The notes below the pieces were generated by a model. The model was given only the letters and a program-made list of their open reading frames with translations. It made no database searches and was not told where the DNA came from. A DNA stretch of 64,000 nucleotides, from positions 62,682,001 to 62,746,000 of the forward strand of contig NC_042998.1 of assembly GCF_006345805.1 (NCBI RefSeq), given 5' to 3'. Within the stretch, counting starts at the first letter, position 1, and every line of letters starts with the position of its first letter. The translations under genes and the position numbers were made by a program. Below are positions 12,501-28,105 of the stretch, one piece after another. The DNA is from Octopus sinensis (Eukaryota).

Positions 12501-15500
12501 TGTGTATAAGAGTGTAAGTGTGCGTGCACGTTTCTCCGAATTTCTCATTACTTTGTCACAGCTTAAAAACCAGTGTCTTTTGTAAATGTAATTACGTCTG
12601 GTACTGTACAAATAGAGATCGATAAAATAAGTTCGAGACGTGAAAGTCCATACTCTGATCGATATGATTGAGTAAATGCTTGAGTGGGGTGCCAAGTATG
12701 GTTTTGATTGAAACATGTAACAGTTTAAGAAAAATGAGCTTTTCGAGGTGTTATTGATTTGTCGAAATGTTACGATGGTAAAAGATTTATTTCATGTCTT
12801 TAAAAATAATTAATAGAATCATTAGCAAAATATAGTTTAGTTGTCTTGTTAATATGTCCATCTGATTGAAACTTAAAAGAGCCAGCCATCGCCCGCTAAG
12901 AAATATCGCTGGGAAACATGTATCAAGCTCTCATTAATTGTGTTAGGTTTTAATGTAGTTGCGAACAAACAGGCAGTCTCTCGTCTCTCTCAATGTTTGA
13001 CTCAGCTGCACATCTAGGATGTGGAGGCTGGAGAGAGAGAGAGAGAGGGAGAGAGAGAGAGGGAGAGGGGAGCTTTACAGTCAAGTAGATTGAAGCAGAG
13101 TGAAATGATGTGCTTTACTGAAGGACGCAACTTGCCGTTCAATCAATCAAGTTACTGAACCTGTGACACTCGTGAGTCTATGATCGTGCGCCAAACACTC
13201 TAACCGTTAGACTTCGAATCTTTTCATTAACCCATTTCCTGCCATGAGCCCCATTTGGGGATTTACTAAAAACAGTCTCACTGACGGTTGTTTGTTGTAT
13301 TTAAAGTGAATTGCTTATGTACATTGCATTTGTAGAGGTGTGTTGAACAATATTTAGTAGTTACAGTTTGTCATTATTAGCTCTGGCTAATTCTAGAGGA
13401 CATTTTATGTTATAAATCGCAGTTTTTGAACTACAAAAATATTGACTGCTTTGTAAACATTTTTTCTTTGCCATTTCCCATCTACATCATTCATTGATAT
13501 TTCATATACATTCGCATTCGATACTACAGTTTCAAAAAAACACTAAAATGTTTATTATTGCAATTGAATAGAAAAGGATAAATATGCTTTTTTTCAGCGA
13601 TCCCCATTTGGGACTTTCGAAAAATTTATAATTTCCAAAATAATTCACATATGAAGAAAATTTAATTACTATATATTTTAACTCCTAAGACACCTGGCAA
13701 AGCCAAAAAATATGAATAAAAAAAAGTGGCAGTTAATGGGTTAACTAAAACTTCTACAATATATTTTTGGTAAGACGGCGAATTTGACAGAAGGTTGGAG
13801 AGAATACCACGTGATATTTGCTCCATCTCTCTACACCCTGAGTTCAAATCTCGCCGCCGTCAAGGTTTAGCTTTTTTGAGTTCATAAGATTGGCAGAACC
13901 GTTAGGGTACCATATGGGTTACTTTGCAGTATCTGTTCCAGCTCTTTGCATTATGACGGGATCTCATGCAACGACACTAGTTCCTGGATCTATTGGTCTT
14001 GCCTTTGACTTGAGACCTCATCAAATGTAGAGTCGGAGGGCTAGCATGCAGATCAACTGTAAATCATCGATTAAAAACAAGAACTTGCAGAAATCTGTGC
14101 ATATAGATACAGTTGTATGGCGAAATCTGACTGACGGAGGCCCTAGATATATACCTGGTGTACGTGATTGTATATGATCATAACAAAAGAACGAGAGGCA
14201 AATTTAACGTCAACAGGATTTAAAAAATGTTCGTATGAACTTAAGGAAACAATTGGGTGTCGATGGCAAGGTATCTGTATACAACAACACACAACGATCT
14301 CACCAGAGCTTTTCGCTCTGCTACAAATACACCATGTTTTCATCAAATATCACTCTGTTGTTTATTTTTACAAAAGAAAAGGTTATATGCCATAATGTAA
14401 GCTTAGTTGTACCATGTCTCGAAAAAAAAAATAAAACGGATAGAAACGGTTCGAATATGTTTGATTATGAATTTTCTCGATCGATGAGTACTTGGGATTA
14501 AGTAGTAAATCGCTCCACTCAATCTATGATGGTTCTTTCAAGCGCTGTTGCAAGTAAAAATATTGCTTAACCTGTATGACAAAGACAAGGTTTCTTATTT
14601 CGACCAATTTCTTAAGGAAGACGGTCATTGTGTATTGTTCTCAAGCCTCATATACTAGACCTTAAAGAACACCAATTGACTGACTGATGACGATTCACTG
14701 ACACTCACATTACGATCTTTGATTCACGAAATCATTGCATCTTCCATCTGCATCGTTTATTGATATTACAAAACCTTAGCTCACTTGAAATTACTAGCAA
14801 CTTACACCCTCCGTATACGCTACTCATTTCTTCAACAACTTCCCTTTCACTTGCCATGTCTTACCTCACAGTTTGTTATTTTGAAACTAATGACATCTTT
14901 TTATATTTTACTCAAACTACTATTTTCTTTGGAAATGTCGTTTTAGGGGTTCAGTAAAAGAGATTAGGCTCCTTCCTCTTGCTGTTCAGCGTTAGATCAG
15001 ATGTGTAGGGAGGGAAATCTTTCTAACCGTGGCCAAACCAACGCTTCGTTTATTTTGGACTATATTGGATTCCCCTGATAGTAAAATAAACTTGCGATTT
15101 AAAGGAGAATGTCTATTAATTCCAGCAGATCGAACGACGGAATAAGAACTTTTTCTTTGACTCTTGACATGTTTTGGCGGTAAATTCAAAAAAGCATTCT
15201 TAAATTTATTAAATTATTCTCTTATTCTCGGCAAACTATGGCCAAGATAAGTAAAAAAATTATTTTCTATGTTAAATAAGTAGTAATTCAAATGAAAATA
15301 TATTCGCAGATGCATACAAACAATGAGACGTTAAACAATGACCTCTCTATTCTGATTACATTCTTGTAAATTCATATGCAAATATGCTAATCGTTGTTGT
15401 ATTTCGCATTCGGAGGACGTCTCCTTTTAGAAAATATGTATTCACTACACACCTGATTCGTTGACATAAAAGGACTATGAGAGATCGCAGTGTTTCGACC

Positions 15501-16823
15501 TCGTTACGTGTCTCTTCTAAAGCTAATTTATTTGGTTATTTCTATAGGCTACAGCCACCACTCTCGATTATACCAGAAAATATTTTGTCTGACACTCTAT
15601 CACTTCAGTCAATCTGATATTTTTGTGAAATACAAAAATAAGCAATAACTTCTATTATACAGTCTACGTGTATTGCGTATAGTAGTTTTTTTTTTCTCTC
15701 TTCCGATGTCCAGAGGTAATCTCCATACCCAGTTATTTCTCTACAATTCCTTCCTTACCTAAGCTTTCTTTCAGTATGTTTTCTGAAGAACACACTTCTC
15801 AATTGGCCTGCAAAGAGCTTGCAAGTATCATGGGCACACCCACTTACTCCAGACGGAACCATTACCAAGAAGGGTAGATAAGCCAAGCCCTTCTGCTCAC
15901 CTCATATCTTCTACAATACGTTTGTTCATGCAACTTACCAGAGAAGTAAATGATTTCCAGCAAAATAGATAAGCTCACTAAATACACGACCCCCCCCCGC
16001 CCAGACCAAACAAAAAATCAGTAAAAGAACTAAAACCAATCAGACACGAGGCACATGATGCTTAAGGCCAGTTTCTTTATTATAAATGTGAAACTTTGAA
16101 AATTATTCTGATTAGCAGAATATTTCTTCTTACGACAAATTTATTTTCTGTGCAGTTTGAACTCATTCATAGCAACATAGTATCTTCATTTTCATCGACT
16201 CTCTCCCCTCCCTCTGATTCATATAATAAATAACGATTAATCTATAAAATAAAAACCAGTACTGATAAATCAGAAGAAATCTCAATTTCGTTTTTAACTG
16301 AAATCAATTTATTTTATTCGCCGACCAATTTCTACAAAGCAATCTTCTTCACTAGCAATTATAACTTTGTCGGTCACTTACATTCAATAAATTCTCTCAA
16401 CTACAATATAAATATAATGATGCCATATTGAAAAATAGAATATTTGTAATTTCTTATCTGTTAATTCTGTAGTTAAATCTGAATTTCGTTGAATACGAAA
16501 AATTTATTCATATTGAGCTTGCTTTGATGTGGTGTGTTGATGATAGAATTGGTTAGAATAGCACGGTGGCGATAGTGGTGGGAGTAGTGGTGGGAATGGT
16601 TCTCTGTGAAAGCCAGGGGATATATCTATAGAGGAATAGTTAAAATCAGTACTACAAGATAACGAAACAACAGGCTGGTGTATGAATGATTAAATATGAA
16701 GCCCCAGGGATATATATATATATAATATATATATAATACCTACATACACATATATATACATATATAATACGAACATACATACACATACATGCATACATAC
16801 ATACATACACATACATACATACA

Positions 16824-16858
<35 letters not shown>

Positions 16859-16928
16859 GTACATATATATATATACATACATAATACATACATATATATA
16901 TATACATACTTAATAGTACATACGTTGT

Positions 16929-17307
16929 TGGCACTCCGTCGCTTACGACGATGAATGTTCCAGTTGATCCAATCAACGGAACAGCCTGCTCGTGAAATTA
17001 ACGTGCAAGTGGCTGAGTACTCCACAAACATGCGTACCCTTAACGTAGTTCTCGGGGAGATTCAGCGTGACACAGAGTGCGACAAGGCTGGCCCTTTGAA
17101 TTACAGGCATAACAGAAACAGAAAGTAAGAGTGAGAGAAAGTTGTCGTGAAAGAGTACTGCAGGGTTCGCCATCATCCCCTGCCGGATCCTTGTGGATCT
17201 TTAGGTGTTTTCGCTCAATAAACACTCACAACGCCCGGCCTGGGAATCGAAACCGCGATCCTATGACCGCGAGTCCGCTGCCATAACCACTGGGCCATTG
17301 CGCCTCC
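16929..17307 (-). mobile_element. SINE family B, full length
   Basis: Head, body and tail all recognisable. Confidence 0.85.
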
Positions 17308-17332
17308 ACGTACATACGTACACACATACGCG

Positions 17333-17375
<43 letters not shown>

Positions 17376-18127
17376 GTATAATACAAAATGGGACAAGAAC
17401 GCAAAACATCCGGATAACTAGGTGATACAAAAAGGGACAACAAAACAGCCAGATAGACGATACAAAAAAAAGGACGGGTCATTCGAAGCTTTCTATCCTC
17501 AGTCAAGAACCGGACCATCCTCGCAATTTCGGCTGATTTATCTTGAGATTGCTCCAATCTGGCCAGCCCCAAGGAAAAACTACGCTAAGAGCATTAGATT
17601 CCTTGGAATAAAGCATCGAATGTATACGAAAACAAGGACGGAAAAACAGACGATGTTACACAAATAAAAATACAAAATACAATAAAAATCATAATAACAG
17701 GACATAACAACAGGTGTCTTTCGATTGGGGACGAATTGAATTCAGCTGGCGTGTGTGGAAATGAAGCCTTACGACAGAGATACAAAACTTTCACAAACAC
17801 AGGGAAGAATATCGATGTTGCACTGACCAAGGTCAGACGCTAAAAGAGGGCTAACAGTCTGGCCTATCGGTCACGTGAGAAGAGAAGAGAGAGAAAAAGA
17901 GAGAGAGTTGTAGAAGCAGATGGACAAAAGAATTAAGGAGGGGTGAGAAAAAAATGACAGGGACATAGTGAAGTGAAAAGTGAGTAAGAAAAGAAGGCAA
18001 AGAAATGTGAGAGAGGGGGAAAGAACGAAGAGTAGAATGAACGAATAAGTGTGAAAGGTTGATAGAATCGTACAAAATTTAGTAAAATGTGTGCTTACAT
18101 ATAAGAGAACAAAGTGTACGTACGCCG

Positions 18128-18163
<36 letters not shown>

Positions 18164-18476
18164 AATACAAAATCAGACAAGAACGCAAAACACCCGGACA
18201 ACTAGGTGATACAAAAAGGGACAACAAAACAGCCAGATAGACGATACAAATAAACAAGGACGGGTCATTCGAAGCTTTCTATCCTCAATCAAGAACCGGA
18301 TCATCTTCGCAATTTCGGCTGATTAATCTTGAGATTGCCCCAATCTGGCTAGCCCCAAGGAAAAACTAAGCTAAGAGCATTAGATTCCCTGGAAGAATGC
18401 ATCGAATGTATACGAAAACAAGGACGGAAAAACAGACGATGTTACACAAATAAAAATACAAAATACAATAAAAATA

Positions 18477-19105
<629 letters not shown>

Positions 19106-19404
19106 TTTTATATATCACAACTCGTGTTCCACATCTTTTTTAAATATATATATATATATATACATAATTTACATACGTATATGGCCTAGTCTGTTGAAAA
19201 TTCGGTTTGTTGGCCAGAGTGAGGGATACAGACAGACATACAGAAATAGAGAGAGTGTGGGGAGAGGGAAAGAGGGGATAATGTGGTATTCAAATGGGTC
19301 AACACTTGATCGGCTTAAGCTGCTGTGTAATTAAGTAATTCGCTTCGTTGCTATGTGATCTCGAGTTCAGGCCTACCTTTCGGACGCCACCACTTGCAAG
19401 TGTT

Positions 19405-20288
19405 TTCTATCATAAATGGAGGGCTAGGCATGCCGTGGTTGAAGATGCGCAGACATGCGCTGAGACTGCGACATCTCCGGCGCTTCATATACGAGACAAA
19501 ACCCGTCTCTCCATTCTCACCTTCCTTTTCAAGTGATACTACTGTCGTGGATCAAACAGAGACCGAGGCTAGGCGAATGGCACCGCGAGTGTCGCGTTGC
19601 TCTCAAGCAAATCTGCAGTCCGGGACAACACTTGTGCGACTTCATTACAACAAAAGCGTTCTATAGAGGATTAGTGGAGGGGAGGTGCGACGACGTTCTC
19701 AGGCAGAATCTGGGCGTCGACGAGGAACACCTGACCTGCCTGTTCATGACAACTTTCGGGCCGGGACCTATGGACAATTACCAAAGATCCCTGGCCTGGC
19801 AGTGCTATCTAGAAGCATTACCTTTTCGGGATAAGTTCTACAGGCACGGTTCGAGACACACCGGACCAACTAGCCCGAGATTCGGTCAGAGCAATGAAAC
19901 TGTTCTACACGCACTCGTGCAGTGTCCAAACATTTCGGACCTGTGGGCTTATGCCGAACAGCTGGTGTCATGTCGAGTTCGTCTGTCGGCCGAGTCTATC
20001 GTTGGTATTGCTCCGCCACCTTCCCTCAACCGGGAAGGCAGAGCAGTCTTCATCTTACTGGTGGCCATGGTTAAAGAATGTGCATGGTGAACACGAGCGT
20101 AGGGATTAGAGACAAACACTTACCTCTCTGTCCACTTGCTCATCAACTTTTTCAAGTATCACTTGAAAAGGAAGGTGAGAATGGAGAGACGGGTTTTGTC
20201 TCGTGATAGTTTCAAAAAAAGGTGGGTGAATGTAGCAAAGATTGTGCGTGCGGGCGACGAAGCCACTTTGAGCATGATCCTGTAAATC

Positions 20289-20322
<34 letters not shown>

Positions 20323-20600
20323 ACTTTGCTCTCATGTGTTTATTTTCTCCCTGCGTGAGGTTACCGTGGTCTTTTCTGAAGGCTTTTCTTTCCACGGATG
20401 AACCTAATCTTGTTTCTTACTTTTTATAAAATGTCTTTCTGTGATACACGTTCTCTTTTGATCGCTTTTTTTCCCGATCCCTTTTGATCGGAATTTTACA
20501 TTTGTTCCCTTTTTTCCTTTTTCTTTTCCATTTTCGAAACGAAAAGCTCTACATTTGTATTTGTCCCCTCTGTGTTCAGCGCTGTGTGGCCAATAAAAAA
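19405..20600 (+). mobile_element. L1/Tx1-like LINE 3' fragment (ORF2 C-terminus with decayed zf-RVT, 3' UTR, AATAAA plus A tail)
   Basis: GGLG motif, W.CY.EALP.RDK...ET..HAL..C....LW pattern, reading frame continues to about 20285, then aataaaaaaa at about 20591. Confidence 0.75.
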
Positions 20601-20788
20601 AGTTATCATAGCATGAATCTGATTCAGTGAAACTGGTAGACGGAATGTACGTGGGAGTCGGTTGTATATATGCGTGTATGTTTGTGTATGGTATGTGTAT
20701 ATATATATATATATATATATTTATATACAGCCAGGTGTTGAGCACTCATTCTCATCGTTTGACATTTACTTATGTATACATGCATCTA

Positions 20789-20826
<38 letters not shown>

Positions 20827-20828
20827 CC

Positions 20829-20865
<37 letters not shown>

Positions 20866-21245
20866 ATCTTTACCATTTACTTGCTTCAATTGCTACACTG
20901 CGGCCATGTTGGAGCACCACCTTGAATTTTCCTTCGGACGAATCGACTCCAGTGCTTACTACGTTAAACCTGGTACTTTATTCTCTGTTTCGTTTATGCC
21001 GAACAGCTAAGTTACTGGGACATAAACACACCAACACCAATTGTCGAGCGGTTGTGACAGTTACGCGCGCGCGCACACGCACACCCACGATGGATTTCTT
21101 TCAGTTTCCGTCAAAAAATTCACTCACAAGTTTTGGCCGACTCGAGGTTATACTAAAAGTCACGTCCCCAATGTGCTTCACAGCGGGACTGAACTAAGGA
21201 CCATGTGGTTGGGAAGCAAAATTTTTTCCACACACTCACACCAAT
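20866..21245 (-). mobile_element. SINE family A
   Basis: Head and tail blocks on the minus strand. Confidence 0.75.
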
Positions 21246-21372
21246 GCCATACAGTATAACATATGTATTACATGGCATATTATAGCATATATTATCTTAT
21301 ATATTATATATGATATATAATATATAAGAATTGTGTATTTTGTCAAATATTACATCAAACTGTAGTAAATGC

Positions 21373-21675
21373 GCATGGCTCAGTGGTTAGAGCGTCTGGT
21401 TCACAATCATGAGGTAGCAAGTTCCATTGCTGGACAGGGTTCTGTGTTGTGTTCTTGAGCAAGAGACTTTATTTCCCGTTGCTCCAGTTTACTCAGCTGT
21501 AGAAATGAGTTGTAACGTCACTGGTACCAAGCTGTATCAGTCCCTTTGCCTTTCCCTTGGATAACATTGGTGGCGTTGATAGGGGAGGGTGGTATGGATG
21601 GACGACTGCTGGACTTCCATAAACAACCTTGCTTGGACTTGTGCTTCGGAAGGTAACTTTCTAGGTGCAACCCCC
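21373..21675 (+). mobile_element. tRNA-headed SINE
   Basis: tggctcagtggttagagcg A-box, then core gtgttcttgagcaag..actttattt. Confidence 0.75.
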
Positions 21676-23002
21676 TCCTCCTCACATCAAACTGTAATAG
21701 TGTAGGTAATCTTGGACACATACGTTTAAGTTTCTTTTTCTGATTTATAAAGTACGGCTAAAGTGGATTTGAACACGAGATCATTGAACTGAATTTCTGA
21801 TTCAGCCGTTTTTCGCTTTTCAATTATTGAATTAATAATTCGAAAAAGTAAATAATAATCTAAAAGCAACAACAGCAACAGATTCCATCATCCGAAGAAC
21901 TTTTGAAAAAATAAAATCGAAAAAATATCACCTTTTCAATAAATAAAACCAAATCCGAAAGACAAACATAAAACAATGAATTCCCATGAAAATTCTGGAA
22001 GAAATTCAAATTTTATGAACTATGAAATAAGGTGAAGATAGCTAAACGTGGAACATTTTTTTTGTGAAAACGATTAATTCTTTCGAGATTTCCAAATGCA
22101 ATAATAGCGTTGAATTCGCATATACATATTTTGATAAATGACGGGAAATGCGGAAAAAAAGTATTGTTTAGATAACATTTAGAAACTAAAATAAACGAAG
22201 AATGAAATTTTTGAATTGAATTGGGGAGAAAAACAAAAGGAAAACAATAAGATAAATGCTAATTTATATTATGCTAATTTATATCTCTATATATGGTACA
22301 CCTCCGCTACACACACGCATGCAGAGACATGAGATTAAACATAGGGTTTAAAAGCAGGCTATACATGCTTATATAAAAGTATAGAGCAGACGGATGGGTT
22401 GTTACTATTTTGAAAGGCAGTAATCAGTCATAGAATGCACTCTGGCCTTATATTGCTGAGGGCAAATACTCCACTTAGTGGGGGTACATTTTTTTTCTTA
22501 CTAGTACTGATATAATTTCTCAATGTCGTCAATATGGTTTGGGTGTATAGTGTGACACTTGGTTGCGCAGACGCCAAAATACCCACTAAACAGATATGAC
22601 AGTCTCTTATTATTCTCTTTGTAGAAAACAGGGAAATAGCAGCGATTGTTTGTCCATGTTTCGGCGTATGACGAGAGAAATATGATACATTCTCATTTGT
22701 TTAAATTCCACATCAAAACGCTTAAAAATTATAGTGTAACATCATTAAATTTATCTTACGTTTTCAAATGCAGTATATATTCTGCATAAATATCCATAAA
22801 ATACTCTATCACCCGGCCAATAGTCCCGAGACATGCAAAACTTCTAGCCATTACTGTGAAGTTGTGTGTGTTTGATTTAACTATTTGCTGTAAGTTCTCT
22901 TCGTAGACTGGATTTTATAGAGGTATTTAACTCCTAATAAATACCAAACAAACAAACTGAGGTAAATGAGGAAAATGTCGTATTATCCTATATACAAAGG
23001 CA

Positions 23003-23130
23003 ATGAACCACATGGTTCCGGTTTCAGTCCCACTTCGTAGAACCTTGGGCAAATGTCTTCTAATATAGCCTCGGGCCGACCAAAGTCATGTGCGTGGATT
23101 TGGTAGAAGGAAATTGAAAGAAGCCCGTTG
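23003..23130 (+). mobile_element. SINE family A head fragment
   Basis: accacatggttccgg..cagtcccac...gcctcgggccgaccaaag. Confidence 0.7.
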
Positions 23131-25545
23131 TATATATATATATATCAAAAAGATGTGTTATAATACTATTCCACAGCCATACCAACAATCCAATAATACT
23201 ATTCCACATATACAAAAACAGCCATACCAATAATCCAACATGCCTCCATCATCAGCTGCCCCACGGATAACATTATGGTTTCGACACCTGCGTATTACCA
23301 TTCAATCCGGCGGTGTCAACAGCACTAAAATATATGTTTGGGAGCAACTATAACAAATAAATTGCAACTTTCAAACACATTTACCCTATGTACACCCGTA
23401 TCGGTAAATAAATTCAATAAGTGAATTACAGCAAACTCAAAAATACGTAACAAAACAGTGACCAATCTATTAAGTCATACAACAATTATATTCCCTGCCA
23501 TCTTCCATAGTATAAAAAAAAAATGAAAGCTAATAACCACATTCATTCAATCAATCAAATTATAGGCAGGATTAAGCACTATCTTTAATAAAACTACAAC
23601 AAAGAAGCACATAAACCAATGTACATGGTATTAGTATTAATAGTAAACCTGCAATAACGAAATTATATGCTAAATCGCGACTAATCTTTAGACAATACAT
23701 ATAATAATCCCACCAGTCTTCCATAGTTACTATAATTATAAAAAAAGGTAAAGCTTTATATAAATCTCTCCAAAACAAAACAAACACGACTGAATTTAAT
23801 TTAACTAATAATATATAAATAATGAGTGAAATACATTATTTCATCATTCAAAAATTAATAAATAACACGACATCCTTATTAATATATCACAATTACAGTT
23901 TAAAATTTTAAATAACCAGTAACTAAATGAAACATTTATTTTATTAAAAGGGAGCTAATAAAAGTACTAGTAATTAACTATTATTATAAAACCTTGCTAT
24001 GTTTAAAGCTGATTAAGACTGTTTAATAGATAATAAAATTACAAGTATTAACACTTACATATTCTATCAGACAAGCGGTTCCATCACGAAGAATTTTAAA
24101 AGACTATGTTAACTATTAATGACGTAGTGCGTAATTAGTACTCGCACATATCAACCGATTCGGATACCTACAAATCCCAACAGATGTTTTGACTTAAAGG
24201 AAAGAACCTTGTCAGTTTGTGGGTTTTGTTTGTTTTAAATTCCTAACATCAGTCTATCGGAAGTCAAACTTCTCCCCCACCCCACTTATCCTTATGTGAA
24301 CCACAATATTAAAATCATGCTTTTTATGTAATATTGCATGGAGTTCGAAGTGTGGAACTTTCCTCTAAACAGCTGTTGACAGGAAGTCACATTTCGTCAC
24401 TTACCGACATTACTCTCTAATTATCTGTGTTGTGAATCAATGATGCTGCTAAGGAAGGTTCAGGTTCCTTTTGGGCCATTTTGGCCCATTTCTTTCCATT
24501 CTCTCATTCATGCAGCCATCATTATGAATTTTGTATTCAGATCAATTTACTTCGACATGCCATTTTGAGGAAGGATGAAAAAAAGTTGCTGATAGTTTCA
24601 ACTAACAAAATATCGATCGAATCAAACACCTAATTTATTACTGGCATTATTTTAACCACAGAATAATGCACCGTATTTGGGGGTCATAAAGGGTGCACGG
24701 GCATATAAGACGGACTCCAATTTCAGCAGTGCAAAGTCAGAAATATTATCATTTTTTTTTTGTGCATTAAATCTTAAAGGAACTCAATTTCCCATATAGA
24801 CATAGAGAAGTCAGAGTTATTTTTGAAACAATTTTTTTGAAAATGTGCGCCATGTACGAATGTAGTGAATACTTCAACGCCAGGATTTAGCTACTGAATC
24901 ATTCGGGAGTGCAACACAGTTTCACATGTGTTGTCACTTCCTTTCTCCATTCTCCACGCTAAATCATTTGTGAGAGAAAAGAAGACAAACACATTCTTTT
25001 TCTATTATTATTTCTCCTTCTTTTAAAATGCAGAACCTTTGTGTAGCCTAGTAAAAAAAATCAAAAGAATTCCACATCAAACATCGTATACCATTATTAT
25101 ATTATAACACATAAATCATTAGGAGATAACAAAAAGAAATAAAATATATAATAAACATAAAAATAGAAAGAAAAGCACTAAGAGAAAAGAAATTTCAAGT
25201 TCTTATCATATACCCACATTCATAAACAATAGAGAAAAAAATTGGTTAAAAAAGCAAAAGAAGAATATCAGTTAAGAATTATTCTTATCGTATACGTTTG
25301 TTCATCAGAGAATTCTAATTCTTTTAAAACGCATTGATAAAGCAATACATTTGTTTTCAAAACAGAATAATAATACATATCATTGCGTCACCACTTTTCT
25401 CTCTTTCCTGTTTGTTTTGCTTTGGATTTCGTTTTCTACTCTAATTCCGCATTCTCTTGTAAATATTTTTGTTGTATTTCCATCTGTCTTAAAATATATT
25501 CCTATATACATATATATACACACATATACATACATTCATACATAC

Positions 25546-25621
<76 letters not shown>

Positions 25622-25824
25622 ATATATATGTATGTATGTATGTATGATTTGTATGCATTTCATCTCTGATATTAAAGTCAGCTTATTATTTTTGCTTACA
25701 ATAACATTTACTCTCATATTTTCCAAGTATTTTGAAAATTCTTTATAAAACAACTGAATATTTGAAGCCAAGAGTTGAGATGGAATACGTTTTAGAATAT
25801 TTTGCTTAGACTTCTTCTCTTCTG

Positions 25825-25827
<3 letters not shown>

Positions 25828-25876
<49 letters not shown>
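25828..25876. repeat. (TTTC)n microsatellite
   Basis: Direct inspection. Confidence 0.9.
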
Positions 25877-26211
25877 TTCACTACGTATTTACTTTTGATT
25901 TGTTGACGTTCGGTGCTATTTAAGCTTCTCTCAAAATTCGATTTCAAAATTTTTCTATTTCAGTATACTCGAAAGTTCTCAGCCTTATTGCCTATATACT
26001 ACCATGCATTCTCGTAAATATATATATATATATATATACACATGCACAAACACACACACACACCACACATACACACACACAAACACATACGCACACACAC
26101 ATTGTATACACATACACACGTAGTCAAACATTTAAATTAACACACACACAGAATTATTGCTGCGTGCCACACAACTGTACACGCGTGCCACACATTCATA
26201 TTACATTTATG

Positions 26212-26262
<51 letters not shown>

Positions 26263-26268
26263 CATATA

Positions 26269-26299
<31 letters not shown>

Positions 26300-27098
26300 G
26301 ACGCCAGGTTGATTTTTCTGTAATTTCCGTTCTATCATCTACATGTCAAATATGTGCGCTATGATTACTTCTGGTGACGTCGAAGGGGAAAATATCTACC
26401 GTTATTTTATAATTTTATATTTTCGCTAAGTTTCCCATAGATTGATTCTAAAATGGCAGTTATGTAATATTTATCATTCGTCATAGCATCATATTCTTTA
26501 CTGTCATCTTCACCGAAAGAAGAAATATCACTCTATGAGTTCTCTAAATCATAATTACCCATAGGTATATATATTGACACTTGCACTAGCTTGCGAGGAA
26601 GACAATCCACGTAACCGGTCGATAGACTAGATATAGCAGCCAAATATCTGTTTCGCATTGTAGCTTATTTTTCTTAAAATAGAGGAATATATTGGATAAA
26701 GTAATGCAAGATACAACAGAAAAGAAGATTAAGAGATGAGATTACCAGCGAAACGATAGTCGAATGAAAAGTATATATCGCATCAGTTTTATAGTTGGGC
26801 TTTGTAGTCCGGCAAATAGATAAGTATATACTAATAATAGATATAGAAATGTGGATGTATATCTTGCAGTTTTTGTTCTGGCTGTAGGGATAAAATTCCG
26901 GTCGAATGATGAATATTGAACATTCGAAAATAGAAAGTACAGAGAGAAAATACTAAAACCAAATCAACAGTTCTGAGTGTACTATACACTTTCACGTGTG
27001 GCGGTTTTTGACAATTGCTACAAAGAAAGGTATATTATTTTCTTCCAAAATGAGGCGAGATTGAAGGCTTGAATTCAAATCAAGCAATTTCCTCTTAT

Positions 27099-27137
27099 TC
27101 TTTCCTGTCGAAGAGCGTAGGCTCGAAACGTAAAAGA
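27099..27137 (+). ncRNA. Hammerhead-like motif, core variant CUGUCGA
   Basis: tcttt(c)-CTGTCGA-a-gagc gtag gctc-GAAA-cg-TA-aaaga. Confidence 0.55.
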
Positions 27138-27721
27138 CTTTTCCATTTTCCGCGAGCGTCAGACTAATACACTTGCTTGTTGTTCCAACACCTGTCATCG
27201 TCTTTGTTTTACTATAAATTTGAACTAACATAGAGTACACACACACACACACAAACACACATACAATTTACAGAGTATACACGAACACTTCTCCACACAT
27301 ATATATCAAATTCTATAATCTACCTTGAAGTTTATTTAAAATCTCTTGTGGTAATCATGTATAGCACTATTTTATCCCTTTTAGGAATTTTCTGCATGAT
27401 TTAGCCAGTAAATTTACCAATTAGGTATATTACAAAATGAGACATTGCAGTGAAATACATACAAAGTATAATACGTATATGAAAAAAAGGTGTTTTAAAA
27501 TATATGAAGGTATTTTTTCCCACTGGAACTTTTGCACAAATACTAGAAGCACCCATTCACCAAACTTTCAGTAAAGTATGTGATTTTAAGCGTCATATAA
27601 ATCATGAAAGAATAATTAATGTTAATGGAATAAAAACAAAAAAAACAACAAATTACTTTATGAGAAAAATATGTCATCGTTACACAGAATATTCACATAA
27701 ACAGAGGAGTTACTATTGGCA

Positions 27722-28105
27722 CAGGAGTAGCTGTGTGGTAAGTAGCTTGCTTACCAACCACATGGTTCCGGGTTCAGTCCCACTGCGTGATACCTTTGGC
27801 AAGTGTCTTCTATTATAGCCTCGGGCCGACCAAAGCCTTGTGAGTGGATTTGGTAGACGGAAACTGAAAGAAGCTTGTCGTATATATATATATACATATG
27901 TGTGTGTGTGTGTATTTTGTCCCCCTATCGCTTGACAACAAATGCTGTGTTTACGTCCCGTAACTTAGCGGTTCGGCAAAAGTTACCGATAGAATAAGTA
28001 CTGGGCTTACAAACAATAAATCCTGGAGTCGATTTGTTCGACTAAAGGCGGTGCACCAGCATGGCCGCAGTCAAATGACTGAAACATATAAAAGAATAAA
28101 AGAAT
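27722..28105 (+). mobile_element. SINE family A, full length
   Basis: gctgtgtggtaag A-box-like and ggttcagtccc B-box-like motifs, core, (TA)/(TG) tract and tail. Confidence 0.85.

Noticed and set aside
14155-14274. Possible 120-bp minus-strand exon (IPCHRHPIVSLSSYEHFLNPVDVKFASRSFVMIIYNHVHQ), or an overlapping 54-bp plus-strand exon
   Set aside because: Splice signals are weak, two conflicting readings exist and no protein is recognisable. PCHR alone is not enough to call an MGMT.
14992-15189. 65-aa ORF with a loose CVG-containing frame on the opposite strand (P450-like impression)
   Set aside because: Lacks the FxxGxRxCxG spacing; consistent with chance.
25280-25316. attct-CTGATGA-ac-AAA-cgtatacg-a-TA-agaat on the minus strand
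   Set aside because: Helix II and G12 are missing. It may be a relic but is too broken to call.
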